64,000 nt of DNA from an uncultured Lentimicrobiaceae bacterium (GTDB lineage Bacteria; Bacteroidota; Bacteroidia; Bacteroidales; UBA4417): assembly GCA_964420555.1 (NCBI GenBank), contig CAYQTT010000005.1:232326-296325 (forward strand). The letters run 5' to 3'. A program made the position numbers and the translations under genes. The notes below the pieces were generated by a model. The model was given only the letters and a program-made list of their open reading frames with translations, searched no databases and was not told where the DNA came from. Position 1 is the stretch's first letter. The number at the start of each line of letters is the position of its first letter. Below are positions 47,324-56,936 of the stretch, piece after piece.

Positions 47324-48330
47324 TTCTTTTCTCCTTTCTTTATGCTGAAACTAAATTCGTTTTTACCAAAATTAAAACAAAAGACACCTTTTTGCCAGAA
47401 ATCGTAACCAAGCATTCCATCAATCGAGCAGCCGTATGCTTCGCTCATGGCATCGAGATTTGTAATAATTGTTTCCATGTTTCCAAACTGGTGGCTTCCC
47501 GATTCGAATTCTTTCATGGTACCGGATAAAACTTCAACAGACTGCGAACTGGCTCCGCCCATATTTGAGCGTCGGTTGATCTGGATTGTATTCAGTACCT
47601 TTTTTGAAACACTGCTACTGATCACATTGGTTTCGGCACCTGTATCGAGGCAAAAATTCAGGGTTTTATCCCCGATATTTCCTTTTACCAGCAATATGTT
47701 ATTTCGTTGTTCCAGTTTTTGAAAATATTCGAATTTCATTTCGGTGTTTTTCTGGCTCAGCAGGTTACCTTGTTTATCAATCCGGGTCAGTTGCAACTCA
47801 TTGCTATTGGCATCGAATATAACTTCGAAGTTATCGATCATGTTAATGCCGAAAAGTCCGAGAATTTTAACTCCTCGCCGGTTTTCGATATGGCCAAGGT
47901 CGGCTAAATCAGCGGCAACATCTTCATAATAGAGGTCCGAAATATCGATTCGTTTAACTATAATCCGGAGCACTTTATCGAATGAACCTGTTATTCCGCT
48001 TCCGCCGGATTTGGTGGTAGTAGCATATTTTCTGAAATAGGTTCTGTTCAGTACCAGCCCGGATGCGCCGGTGTCGAAAATCAGGTTCCCAGCCTGGCCA
48101 TCGATCCTGGCTTCGATAAGGAACAAGCGCCCGGCACGCTTCAGAGGAATAGTTAAGGACTGGAAATCTCCTAAGGGTTCATCGCTCATCTGAGGGAAAT
48201 GCAATATTGACTCATTTGCCGTAACCTGAAAAGAATCATTTATCGGAGGAATATCGGCACATACCCTATTGCTCAGGAGAAAAAGTGCGGGCGAAAGCAC
48301 CAAGATTACATTGAAAAAAATCCTATTCAT
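47320..48330 (-). CDS. Secreted two-lobed retropepsin-like aspartic protease
   Basis: 336 aa with a signal peptide. Two D-T-G-A motifs sit in one chain (LIFDTGASGLVLN and FCLDTGAETNVIS). It overlaps the downstream gene by 4 nt (ATGA). Confidence 0.65.
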   Translation of the reverse strand: MNRIFFNVILVLSPALFLLSNRVCADIPPINDSFQVTANESILHFPQMSDEPLGDFQSLTIPLKRAGRLFLIEARIDGQAGNLIFDTGASGLVLNRTYFRKYATTTKSGGSGITGSFDKVLRIIVKRIDISDLYYEDVAADLADLGHIENRRGVKILGLFGINMIDNFEVIFDANSNELQLTRIDKQGNLLSQKNTEMKFEYFQKLEQRNNILLVKGNIGDKTLNFCLDTGAETNVISSSVSKKVLNTIQINRRSNMGGASSQSVEVLSGTMKEFESGSHQFGNMETIITNLDAMSEAYGCSIDGMLGYDFWQKGVFCFNFGKNEFSFSIKKGEKK

Positions 48331-48686
48331 GTAGATATCAATTTACTAAGCATGGAAATCTATACGAAATTAATCAAATGTTTTTCAGTTCGAAGTTTTA
48401 CATAAAAAAGTTTAATCCTTTCAGACTACATATAATAAAGTTGTCAGTCCAAGAATATGGATCGAATTTTCTTTAAATAAGACTTTAGTGCGAATCCGGA
48501 AAGGTTAAAATGAGGTTAATACTAACTTTCAATACAACAATAATCCCATCAAGCTAAATTGAAACCTCATGTCCAGCTCGATAAGCAAACGATTAATTGA
48601 AAATTCTCAATTAACAGGTTTCTCAATTATCATTAATATGGAACCGCCGAAGTTTAACCTTCACTAAAAAAAAATATTTTGATGCT

Positions 48687-49334
48687 TTAATCATTTTTCG
48701 TGTAGGATATTCTTCTGGAAGCTTTTCGCATTAAAGTATTAATCAAATCCTCTGTACTACTGCCAAGTGATCCTGAAACTGACTTATTATAGTTAATAAG
48801 AAGTTCTCCATCACTGCCATTATGGATAAACAAATTAAGTACAGCTTTATTTGTGCTTCCGTAAAAGCCTACTAATAGCGCCAGTGCAACACTTGCTCCT
48901 TCTGACATTGGTTTTGTAGTTTCAAATTTACCTGAAATAACAGCATCCACTCCCAAAAGTCTGGCATAATCTGCCGGAGTATAAGTAGCCATATTTTCAT
49001 ATGTAATTCCGTTCTGTTTAAGAAGAGCGTTTGTAGTAGTAGGATCCTGAATTTTTACTGTCAGTTTTCCACTTTCCTGTCTCCGTAAAAACCAGGCATA
49101 CATTGCAAACTGAATGTTTTCACCTTCAGCAACTTCTAGTCTTTGTATTTGTTCGACACTCATATTTTTCATTTCCTTCGGACGCAGCTTTACAGTTGCT
49201 TTAAACGGAACTATTGCAATTAGCTTATGGTCTTTGGTAATCTTATCAAAATTGGGATGTTCATACAGATTTGTTTGAGAAAATACAACAATTGTAAGTA
49301 GAAAGATAATGGATGTAAGTAGTAGTTTTTTCAT
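48687..49334 (-). CDS. Hypothetical secreted protein
   Basis: 215 aa with a signal peptide. AT-rich, with no diagnostic motifs. Confidence 0.5.
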   Translation of the reverse strand: MKKLLLTSIIFLLTIVVFSQTNLYEHPNFDKITKDHKLIAIVPFKATVKLRPKEMKNMSVEQIQRLEVAEGENIQFAMYAWFLRRQESGKLTVKIQDPTTTNALLKQNGITYENMATYTPADYARLLGVDAVISGKFETTKPMSEGASVALALLVGFYGSTNKAVLNLFIHNGSDGELLINYNKSVSGSLGSSTEDLINTLMRKASRRISYTKND

Positions 49335-49627
49335 AAAAAAGGTTTTGAATTTTGGTTTATATTTATTGATGCATTTGAACTTAACAACTATTAATTAAAT
49401 CAAGAATCCTTAACTATTAAAACAATTCTGCGATTAATGACTTTTTGCCTTCAAAGATATAGAGAAGAGTTGAAATTTAAAATATTCATATAATAAAAAA
49501 ATCCGCCTGGATGAAACTGAGATTTTTTAATCAATTTTTAATAATGATCCGGATAAATTCCTATCAATCAATTTTACGTTAGGTAAGTTTGTTGCTGCTC
49601 AAAAATAGTTCTCAGCTGAAAATATTA

Positions 49628-50095
49628 TTACTTATCTTCCTCAACATTGTTTGAATTAATCCATCGGATAAATAATTTATATCCAAGTGACATAACAATA
49701 GCGCCGGTAAACAGACCAATAAACCCTGAAAAGATGAACCCGCCAATTACACCGATAAATATTACCAACATAGGCACCGGTGCACCCTGTCCAAGCAGAA
49801 TGGGTTTAAGTACATTGTCGGACAAGCCAGCCAACAAAAGCAATACAGTCCACAAGATTGCCGGCAATACTTCCTTCACAGCAAACAAATAAACTATGAT
49901 AGGCAGAGTTACAATGAACAATGGAATCTGTAGTATGCCCTAAATAAATACAATCAAAGTCCATATCCCTGCATACGGAACACCTGCCAGCAGTAATACA
50001 ATTCCGTTCAATACAATTCTTAAGGCTACATCTATTGAAACTTCCCTGATGCTTTACTCCCAAGATAATTCAATCCATTTTCAAAGTTATATTCA
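49628..50095 (-). pseudogene. AI-2E (PerM/TqsA) family transporter remnant: C-terminal third only, with an in-frame TAG and a probable frameshift
   Basis: The 97-aa ORF (…NVLKPILLGQGAPVPMLVIFIGVIGG…) continues upstream in frame as …LLLAGVPYAGIWTLIVFI*GILQIPLF. The TAG is at 49940-49942. Further upstream the similarity moves to another frame and then stops. About 200 N-terminal codons are absent. Confidence 0.6.
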
Positions 50096-50110
50096 GTAAC
50101 ATGCGCTCAC

Positions 50111-50140
50111 AAAAAAAAAGACTGTCAGTATCGACAGCCT
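50111..50140 (-). terminator. Rho-independent terminator
   Basis: GGCTGTC / GACAGTC stem of 7 bp followed by U9 on the minus strand, 40 nt after the stop at 50180. Confidence 0.65.
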
Positions 50141-50179
50141 TTTTGTAAAAGTGGCATCAGCCTGATTAATTGCGGAAGT

Positions 50180-50842
50180 TTATGTAATTTCTACTGATCC
50201 GGCATATACCGTGTTTGAAACCGCTTCGCGGGCATTGGATGAAGTTTTCCCGTCAAGTGAAACAAGGAATAGCAGCACTTCGGCAGTACGACTGCTCCAC
50301 TCTGCAGGAAGGTTCAGTATTACTGTTGCCTGGTTTCGTGATGCGCAGCCCGGGAAGGAAAGTACTTCCCCGGAAGCTTGGTCAGTAAGACTAACAATCA
50401 ACTGGTCGCTTTCGCTGGCATATGCTGCCTGAGTGTTATCAGCCCAGTTTAAGGTTACCGAAGCAGGCGCATCAGAAAGAACAGCAACTCCGGTGAGTGT
50501 TGCTAAGTTTCCCATGCTGATCCTTACTTTGCTGAAATCAATGCTCAGATCGGGGAATTCGCCGGCAATTGCATTTGCCAGGTTATACGACATGGCGGCA
50601 TTGCTGCTCGTCATATCTTTTGCATATGCTTTGAAGCCTATGCGGATTAAATTACGGTGCGCCTGGTTAAAGCGCCCGACCAATCCGAAACGTGCCCGCT
50701 GTTTTTGCTGATTTTCGGAATTGGGGTTCGATACTACGGCAGGGCGGATTCTCATCACTTCCTTGCCTTTCCAGTTTGAGCCGACCACGTTTCCGATCCG
50801 GCCCTGGAATCCTCCAAGGATTCCTTTTTTAAAGGTTGCCAT
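50180..50842 (-). CDS. Hypothetical protein resembling the Bacteroidota DUF6266 family
   Basis: 220 aa from the ATG at 50842 (MATFKKGILGGFQGRIGNVVGSNWKGKEVMRIRP...). No signal peptide or TM helix. The family assignment is from memory of the N-terminal pattern only. Confidence 0.4.
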   Translation of the reverse strand: MATFKKGILGGFQGRIGNVVGSNWKGKEVMRIRPAVVSNPNSENQQKQRARFGLVGRFNQAHRNLIRIGFKAYAKDMTSSNAAMSYNLANAIAGEFPDLSIDFSKVRISMGNLATLTGVAVLSDAPASVTLNWADNTQAAYASESDQLIVSLTDQASGEVLSFPGCASRNQATVILNLPAEWSSRTAEVLLFLVSLDGKTSSNAREAVSNTVYAGSVEIT

Positions 50843-50965
50843 TAGGCATGTCAATTTTTACCTTGCAGCAACATTGCCGCAATTGCATCATGTATTACAA
50901 TAATCCTGCAACCAGCTTTTTTTCGAAATTATAGATGTATATTGCTTTCAACTGCATAATGCTGT

Positions 50966-50994
50966 CACTGACACAGATTTTGTGACACTGACAC
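50966..50994. promoter_or_regulatory. Direct 9-mer repeat CACTGACAC x2 at exactly 20-nt spacing
   Basis: Copies at 50966-50974 and 50986-50994, in the divergent spacer between the DUF6266-like gene and the first HTH gene. An embedded TGTCAC/GTGACA inverted pair is present. Confidence 0.35.
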
Positions 50995-51390
50995 CTTAGT
51001 GTAATATACGGCAAACGGTTACTACTCCAGTCATAATGTCAGTCAGTGGCTGAAGACAGACCAATCAATAACTCAGATAGGTTTTTAATAGGAATCATGA
51101 TATAGGTATGATATTTCATTTTCGGGCAAATAACATTAAGTATCGGATAAAAATAATGAAAATATAGGTTGGATAGCTATGTCGAAAATGCATCATTCGA
51201 TTTCTGAAACAGGTAAAATATTTTCATCATTTACCACGATTATTTGAGTAAAAATTAGAAAAAGTAAACCTACAGAATAAGTGACCGAAAACAGCATTTC
51301 TGAATGGCAAAAAAAATAATTTCCCAAAAAATCAAATATCAATTTTGAAGAATCCAGCATTTACAGGGCTTGCAGCGATTTTGGGAGAAA

Positions 51391-51431
51391 TGTCCTTTAC
51401 TAACGGATTTTTTTTATATTAATTAGCGGGT
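51391..51431 (+). promoter_or_regulatory. Conserved upstream block TGTCCTTT-N17-ATATTAATTAGCGGGT (copy 1)
   Basis: The same two blocks occur with identical 25-nt register at 52244-52284, at a similar distance to the ATG (74 vs 72 nt). TTGCAGCG lies further upstream in both copies. Confidence 0.5.
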
Positions 51432-51489
51432 GTTTAATCTGGCCTAAAATCGATTTTTCAAATCGGGCGGGCTGCAAAAAAGTACACCC

Positions 51490-51885
51490 ATGAACAATAA
51501 CAAATCAGTACAGGAAACGCTGAATTCAGTTCTTTCATCTGACGCAATTTATGAACTCTGCCAACTTGATCAACTTATCCGGACAAATCCGGAGCATCAA
51601 ATTTATTCAAGGCTCAGAGAAATGATTTCGGATAGCGAAGTTTTGACTTTGGTGTTCAAGTTTGCACAAAATCATCCTTCAGGGAAACGGAAATTTATTT
51701 TTGCCGGTTATCTCAGCAGTAAGGAAGTTATGAATGCCCTGGGCGTTTCAAAACGAAAGTTAGCCGAATGGAGAAATGCAGGTTTACTTCCGGCTAAAGT
51801 ATTTGGGAATACATTTTATTATTCTGTCAACGACCTTGTAATAATGTTGGAGCGGTATTACACAGGTAAAGCTGCAGGAATTTAA
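51490..51885 (+). CDS. Excisionase/MerR-type helix-turn-helix (HTH_17-like) protein with a unique N-terminal half
   Basis: 131 aa. The C-terminal part is YLSSKEVMNALGVSKRKLAEWRNAGLLPAKVFGNTFYYSVNDLVIMLER. Confidence 0.6.
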   Translation: MNNNKSVQETLNSVLSSDAIYELCQLDQLIRTNPEHQIYSRLREMISDSEVLTLVFKFAQNHPSGKRKFIFAGYLSSKEVMNALGVSKRKLAEWRNAGLLPAKVFGNTFYYSVNDLVIMLERYYTGKAAGI

Positions 51886-52243
51886 ATCCATTTTGTTGAA
51901 CGGAAATAAACCGGACAAATAGGCAGTTTTAAATGTAAGTATTCGGAAATCTCATTGAATTCTGTTGTTAACAGTTCTAAATGGGATTTTCTGATACCGG
52001 ATTCAAATTTGTAATAGTATGTGATTTATGCTGATTCCCAGAATACTGTTTTTATTAAGAAAAACAGACTACAAGGTAAGAATATAATTATTAATATCAA
52101 CCCATATCCGGAGTTAGTTTTTAAAATCAGAAACGTCAAAGTTTACTAGCATTTTCATTTACACAATGGCATTGTGCGCATATGTAAATGGTCGTAAATT
52201 GTTATTTGATTGATTTGCAGCGCAATATACTACTCAAAATATT

Positions 52244-52284
52244 TGTCCTTTTTATTTGAAAATTTTGCATATTAATTAGCAGGT
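52244..52284 (+). promoter_or_regulatory. Conserved upstream block TGTCCTTT-N17-ATATTAATTAGCAGGT (copy 2)
   Basis: See copy 1 at 51391-51431. Confidence 0.5.
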
Positions 52285-52340
52285 CTTTTTTGACAAAAGA
52301 TGATGGGTTTTTCCATCGGACATTTTAAAAAAACCTGAAC

Positions 52341-52736
52341 ATGACAAACCAAGATTTTAAGCCAGAATTTCACTCAACACCTGACACTGCATCAGTAAAT
52401 GATAACTTGTCAGCTTTCCTGCTCGAATACCGGGATACTGTAGTACCTGATGCCCAAAACGGTAATGATAAACCGGCTAAAGTGGCCGGGGAGATTAGCA
52501 GGCTAAATGAAATTCTGCTTGAGCTTAGGACTCAACAGGAGCAGTCGGTAATGCCCGGCTGGCTCACAAGCGAACAAGTACAAAGTTTTCTTAACTTAAA
52601 AGAGCGTTCACTCCGGACGTTGCGAAAATCAGGCAAACTTCCCAGCTCGCAAGTCGGTCAAAAGTTCTTTTACCGAAAAGAGGATGTAGATTTGCTTCTT
52701 AACGAAGCTGCACTTCATAAGCAATCGGGAGATTAG
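52341..52736 (+). CDS. Excisionase/MerR-type helix-turn-helix (HTH_17-like) protein, paralogous in its C-terminal half to 51490-51885
   Basis: 131 aa. The C-terminal part is WLTSEQVQSFLNLKERSLRTLRKSGKLPSSQVGQKFFYRKEDVDLLLNE. Confidence 0.6.
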   Translation: MTNQDFKPEFHSTPDTASVNDNLSAFLLEYRDTVVPDAQNGNDKPAKVAGEISRLNEILLELRTQQEQSVMPGWLTSEQVQSFLNLKERSLRTLRKSGKLPSSQVGQKFFYRKEDVDLLLNEAALHKQSGD

Positions 52737-52847
52737 AGTAAATTACGTTAATTCATTCTTCAGGCAAGATTGAGGTGGCCGTCATCGTGGTATACTTTAT
52801 ACGGATACTCCGGTTATTTGTGCGCCCCTGTTTAATTAAAAATCGGA

Positions 52848-52897
52848 CAGCTTCAGCTCCGTATCAGCTCCGTATCAAGTCCGTATCAAGTCCGAAG
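52848..52897. repeat. 11-nt tandem repeat x4 (CAGCTCCGTAT x2, CAAGTCCGTAT, CAAGTCCGAAG)
   Basis: Read directly from the sequence, about 110 nt after the second HTH gene. Confidence 0.75.
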
Positions 52898-53056
52898 AAA
52901 AGGATCCGGGTTTTATCCGGAATATAGTGTTGGTTAAGGGGCAACCCAGACTTAGTTTCTTATACTGACAGTAGTCTCAAATCACCCGCCATTACCAGGG
53001 TGCTCAGTCCATTTGCTTAATTCAATTATTTACTATCTTGCATCAAAATTATTCCC

Positions 53057-55834
53057 ATGGCTTTAGGCTGGAACGAAGTTAAAGAACGTGCGGTACATTT
53101 CTCGAAAGAATGGGAAAATGCCTTTAATGAAGAAGCAGATTCGAAGCAGTTTCTTATTGAATTTTTTAATGTATTCGGCATCAGTAACCGCAGGGTAGCC
53201 ACATTCGAGCATAGAGTAAAAAAACTCGGCGATGCCGATGGGTATATCGACCTGCTTTGGAAAGGCACCATGCTGGTTGAAATGAAAAGTCGCGGTAAAA
53301 ATCTTGATAAAGCGTATCAACAATCCATAGATTATACACACTGGTTGAAAGAAGTTGAGTTGCCTAAATATATATTAGTTTCCGACTTCGCCAATTTCCG
53401 GCTTTACGACCTCGACGAAAACCAACGGTACGATTTCGCCCTTGCCGACCTGGTAAGCCATGTGCAATTGTTTGGTTTTATTGCCGGATATCAAAAACGC
53501 ACCTACAAAGAGGAAGATCCTGTAAATATTGAAGCGGCTTACCATATGGGTATTCTGCACGATGCACTGAAAGAGGCCGGATACACGGGCCGCAACCTCG
53601 AAGTATATTTAGTGCGCCTGTTGTTCTGCCTTTTTGCCGATGATACCGGGATATTTGAACGCAGTATTTTTATTGATTACCTGCAACAGAAAACCAACAC
53701 CGATGGCTCGGACCTGGGTATGCATCTCGCTCAATTGTTCCAGGTGTTGAATACTCCGAATGGAATGCGCCAGAAAACGCTGGATGAAAGCCTGGCAGCT
53801 TTTCCTTACATCAACGGGCATTTATTTGAGCAACAATTGCCTTTTGCTTCGTTTAACAGCAGGATGCGTTCAACTTTGATGCAATGCTCCACGCTCGACT
53901 GGAATAAAATTTCGCCTGCCATATTCGGCAGTATGTTCCAAAGTGTGATGAATGAAACTGAACGCCGTAACCTTGGCGCACATTATACTTCGGAGAAAAA
54001 TATACTGAAACTGATAAAGCCGCTTTTCCTCGATACGCTTTGGCAGGAATTTGCAGTGGCCAAAACCAGTTCCGGTAAACTAAAAGCGTTTCATAAAAAG
54101 ATAGCTTCCTTACGTTTTCTTGACCCGGCTTGCGGTTGCGGCAACTTTTTAGTAATTACCTACCGCGAGCTGCGGCTTCTCGAACTATCCATTTTAAAAG
54201 AGTTGCAGCGCGGACAAAGGGTTTCGGATATTTCGGCACTGGTGCTTTGCGATGTGGATCGCTTTTACGGTATTGAATACGAAGAATTTCCGGCACAGAT
54301 AGCACAAGTTGCGTTATGGCTTACCGACCACCAGTTGAATATGCAGGTTTCGGCTGAGTTTGGCGAATATTTTGTGCGCCTGCCGCTGGTAAAATCGGCT
54401 AAGATTACGCATGGCAATGCGTTGCGAACCGACTGGGGTAGCCTGGTGGAGCCTTTGCCATGGGAAAACTCAACAAGGTTCGATTATATTTTGGGAAATC
54501 CTCCATTTGTGGGACATCATTTTCAAGATGCTTCACAAAAAAGTGATATGAATTTAGTGTTTACTAAGGTAAATGGAGCTGGAGTACTTGATTACGTTTC
54601 CGCATGGTACATAAAAGCTGCCATCTACCTTCAAGAAAACAATATCGAAGAAAACAGTCTGGACCTTAAAACATGTGTAGCCTTTGTTTCGACTAATTCA
54701 ATCGCACAAGGTGAACAGGTAGGTTTATTATGGACTGAATTATTTAATAGGTATAAATTAAAAATACATTTTGCGCACCACACCTTCAAATGGGGTAACG
54801 AAGCTCGCGCAAATGCTGCCGTACATGTTGTAATTATAGGTTTTTCGAATTTCAATATTGCTGAAAAGCGAATTTTTGAATACGAGAATATTAGTGGCGA
54901 ACCACATGAATTGAAAGTAAAAAATATTAATCCTTATCTGTTTGAAGGGCGAGACTTATATGTTATTAATCGTAAAGAGCCTTTATGTAATGTCCCAAAG
55001 ATGATTTGGGGTAATAAGCCAACTGATGGAGGTAATTTTATTTTTAATACTCAGCAAGATTATTTAGACTTCATTGCGAAAGAACCGCTCGCAGAAAAGT
55101 GGATTCATCCATACTTTGGAGGAGAAGATTTTTTGCACAATAAAATCCGAAAATGTTTATGGTTAAGAGATATCAAACCTGATGAATTGAATTTATTGCC
55201 TCATGTTTTAAAAAGAATTGAACAAGTCAAAATAATGCGTCTGAATAGCAAAGCAGAAGCAACACGTAAAAAATCAGAAACGCCATATTTATTTGCTCAG
55301 GTTTCTCAACCCAATTCACAGTTTTTAGCTATTCCAGAAGTTTCTTCAGAGCGCAGGAAGTAAATACCTATAGCTTTTTTCAGTAAAGAATTTATTGCTA
55401 GTAATACTGTTCAGTTAATTCCAAATGCAAACATTTTTCATTTTGGAATTGTCACATCATTGATGCACATGACATGGGTTAAATATGTTTGTGGTAGGCT
55501 TGAGAGCCGTTATCGATATTCAAATTCTATCGTCTACAACAACTTCCCCTGGCCCGAAAACCCAACGGATAAGCAAAAGGAAGCAATTGAAACGGCGGCG
55601 CAAAAGGTATTGGATGCGCGGGCGGAGTTTCCCGGAAGCAGCCTGGCCGATTTGTACAGCCCGCTAACCATGCCGCCCGCATTGGTAAAAGCGCATAACG
55701 AACTGGATAAAGCGGTTGATATGGCGTACCGTCCGCAGGCATTTGCAAATGAAACAAAACGGATTGAGTTTTTATTTGAGTTGTATGATAAATATACGGC
55801 GGGGTTGTTTGTGGCGCAGAAGAAGAAGCGATGA
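53057..55834 (+). pseudogene. MmeI-family type IIL restriction-modification enzyme (fused R-M-S) interrupted by one in-frame TAA
   Basis: N-terminal D...EXK nuclease region (DLLWKGTMLVEMKSRG). Methyltransferase motif I is FLDPACGCGNFL and motif IV is ILGNPPFVG. The sequence is collinear with MmeI as I recall it. TAA at 55361-55363 sits where the family has an aromatic residue (EVSSERRK*IPIAFF). The 124-aa ORF at 55460-55834 is in the same frame and carries the conserved RLESRYRYS..VYNNFPWP block. Confidence 0.8.
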
Positions 55835-55898
55835 ACTCGTGATTTGTGACTCAAAGGCACCTATTCACTGATAAAACCTCACCCGATATCCCAAAAAA

Positions 55899-56936
55899 AT
55901 GAAAATATTAAAAATACTATTGTTGCTAACTTTTTTGCTGGGATGCCAAAAGGAAGAAATTCCTGAATGCAATGATAGTATTGGACTTTTTACCTTTTCG
56001 GACTATCCAATCGGGACAGCAATTGATGTGAATGAATTGGATTCTGACCCATTATATAAATCTATAGCTATAAAGCAGTTCAATAGTATTACACCAGAAA
56101 ATATTTTCAAGGCTGAATATATTCATCCTGAGCAACTCTTTTTTAATTGGTCACAGGCTGATAGTCTGGTATCTTTTTGCGAGCAGAATAACAAAAGATT
56201 ATACGGACACACTTTGATATGGCACAAACAACTACCGCAATGGATCATTGGATTTCAGGGAAATTCCAGCGATTGGGAACAATTGATGAAAGTGCATATT
56301 CAGACTATCGTTACACATTTTAATAACAAGGTAGCAGCATGGGAGGTTGTGAATGAAGCTTTTAATGAGGATGGAACACTAAGAAACAATATCTGGAAAC
56401 AAAATATCGGGTCCGGATATATTGAAAAAGCCTTTATGTTTGCTCATGAAGCAGATCCTGACGCTTTATTGTTTTACAATGATTACAATTTAGAAATGAA
56501 TCCAACCAAGCGACACAGCGTAATATCATTATTGAACAATATACGAAACAGGGGTGTGAGAGTGGACGGCATAGGAGTACAAATGCATATCAGTACTTCA
56601 TATCCTGAACCATCGCAAATTGCTGGCGCTTTTCAGGAAATTGCAGCAAATGATTTCAAAGTACATATTACGGAATTGGATATTTCTATTAATCCATACA
56701 ATCAAAATATTGAACCGAGTGAAAAGTTATTGACTGAACAGGCAAATTTACTGGGGAGTATCGTATTTAACTATAATAAGATTCCAGATCAATACCAATA
56801 CGGAATAACTTTTTGGGGCATTAGTGATAAAAACAGCTGGATTCGTAATTTTTACAATCGCGAAGATTATCCTTTGTTGTACGATGATAATTATTTGCCT
56901 AAACCATGTTACTGCAAGTTAATTGAAACCTTATGA
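55899..56936 (+). CDS. GH10 endo-1,4-beta-xylanase lipoprotein
   Basis: Lipobox LLGC. The acid/base Glu context is WEVVNEAF and the nucleophile Glu context is ITELDI. Confidence 0.8.
   Translation: MKILKILLLLTFLLGCQKEEIPECNDSIGLFTFSDYPIGTAIDVNELDSDPLYKSIAIKQFNSITPENIFKAEYIHPEQLFFNWSQADSLVSFCEQNNKRLYGHTLIWHKQLPQWIIGFQGNSSDWEQLMKVHIQTIVTHFNNKVAAWEVVNEAFNEDGTLRNNIWKQNIGSGYIEKAFMFAHEADPDALLFYNDYNLEMNPTKRHSVISLLNNIRNRGVRVDGIGVQMHISTSYPEPSQIAGAFQEIAANDFKVHITELDISINPYNQNIEPSEKLLTEQANLLGSIVFNYNKIPDQYQYGITFWGISDKNSWIRNFYNREDYPLLYDDNYLPKPCYCKLIETL

Larger units (their letters stand above)
50096..55860. mobile_element. Putative degraded integrated or mobilisable island (no integrase, transposase or att sites identified)
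   Basis: It starts where the AI-2E gene is truncated. It carries excisionase-type HTH genes, a DUF6266-like gene, an inactivated MmeI-type RM gene and long non-coding AT-rich spacers. Confidence 0.3.

Noticed and set aside
50057-55898. Island att sites: direct repeats or a tRNA at the two presumed island ends (about 50096-50110 and 55835-55898).
   Set aside because: Only loose similarity (ttca.t.a ... ctcac ... A-run) was seen between the ends, with no convincing direct repeat. There is no tRNA-like sequence anywhere in the window, and the missing AI-2E 5' half is not found at the far end.
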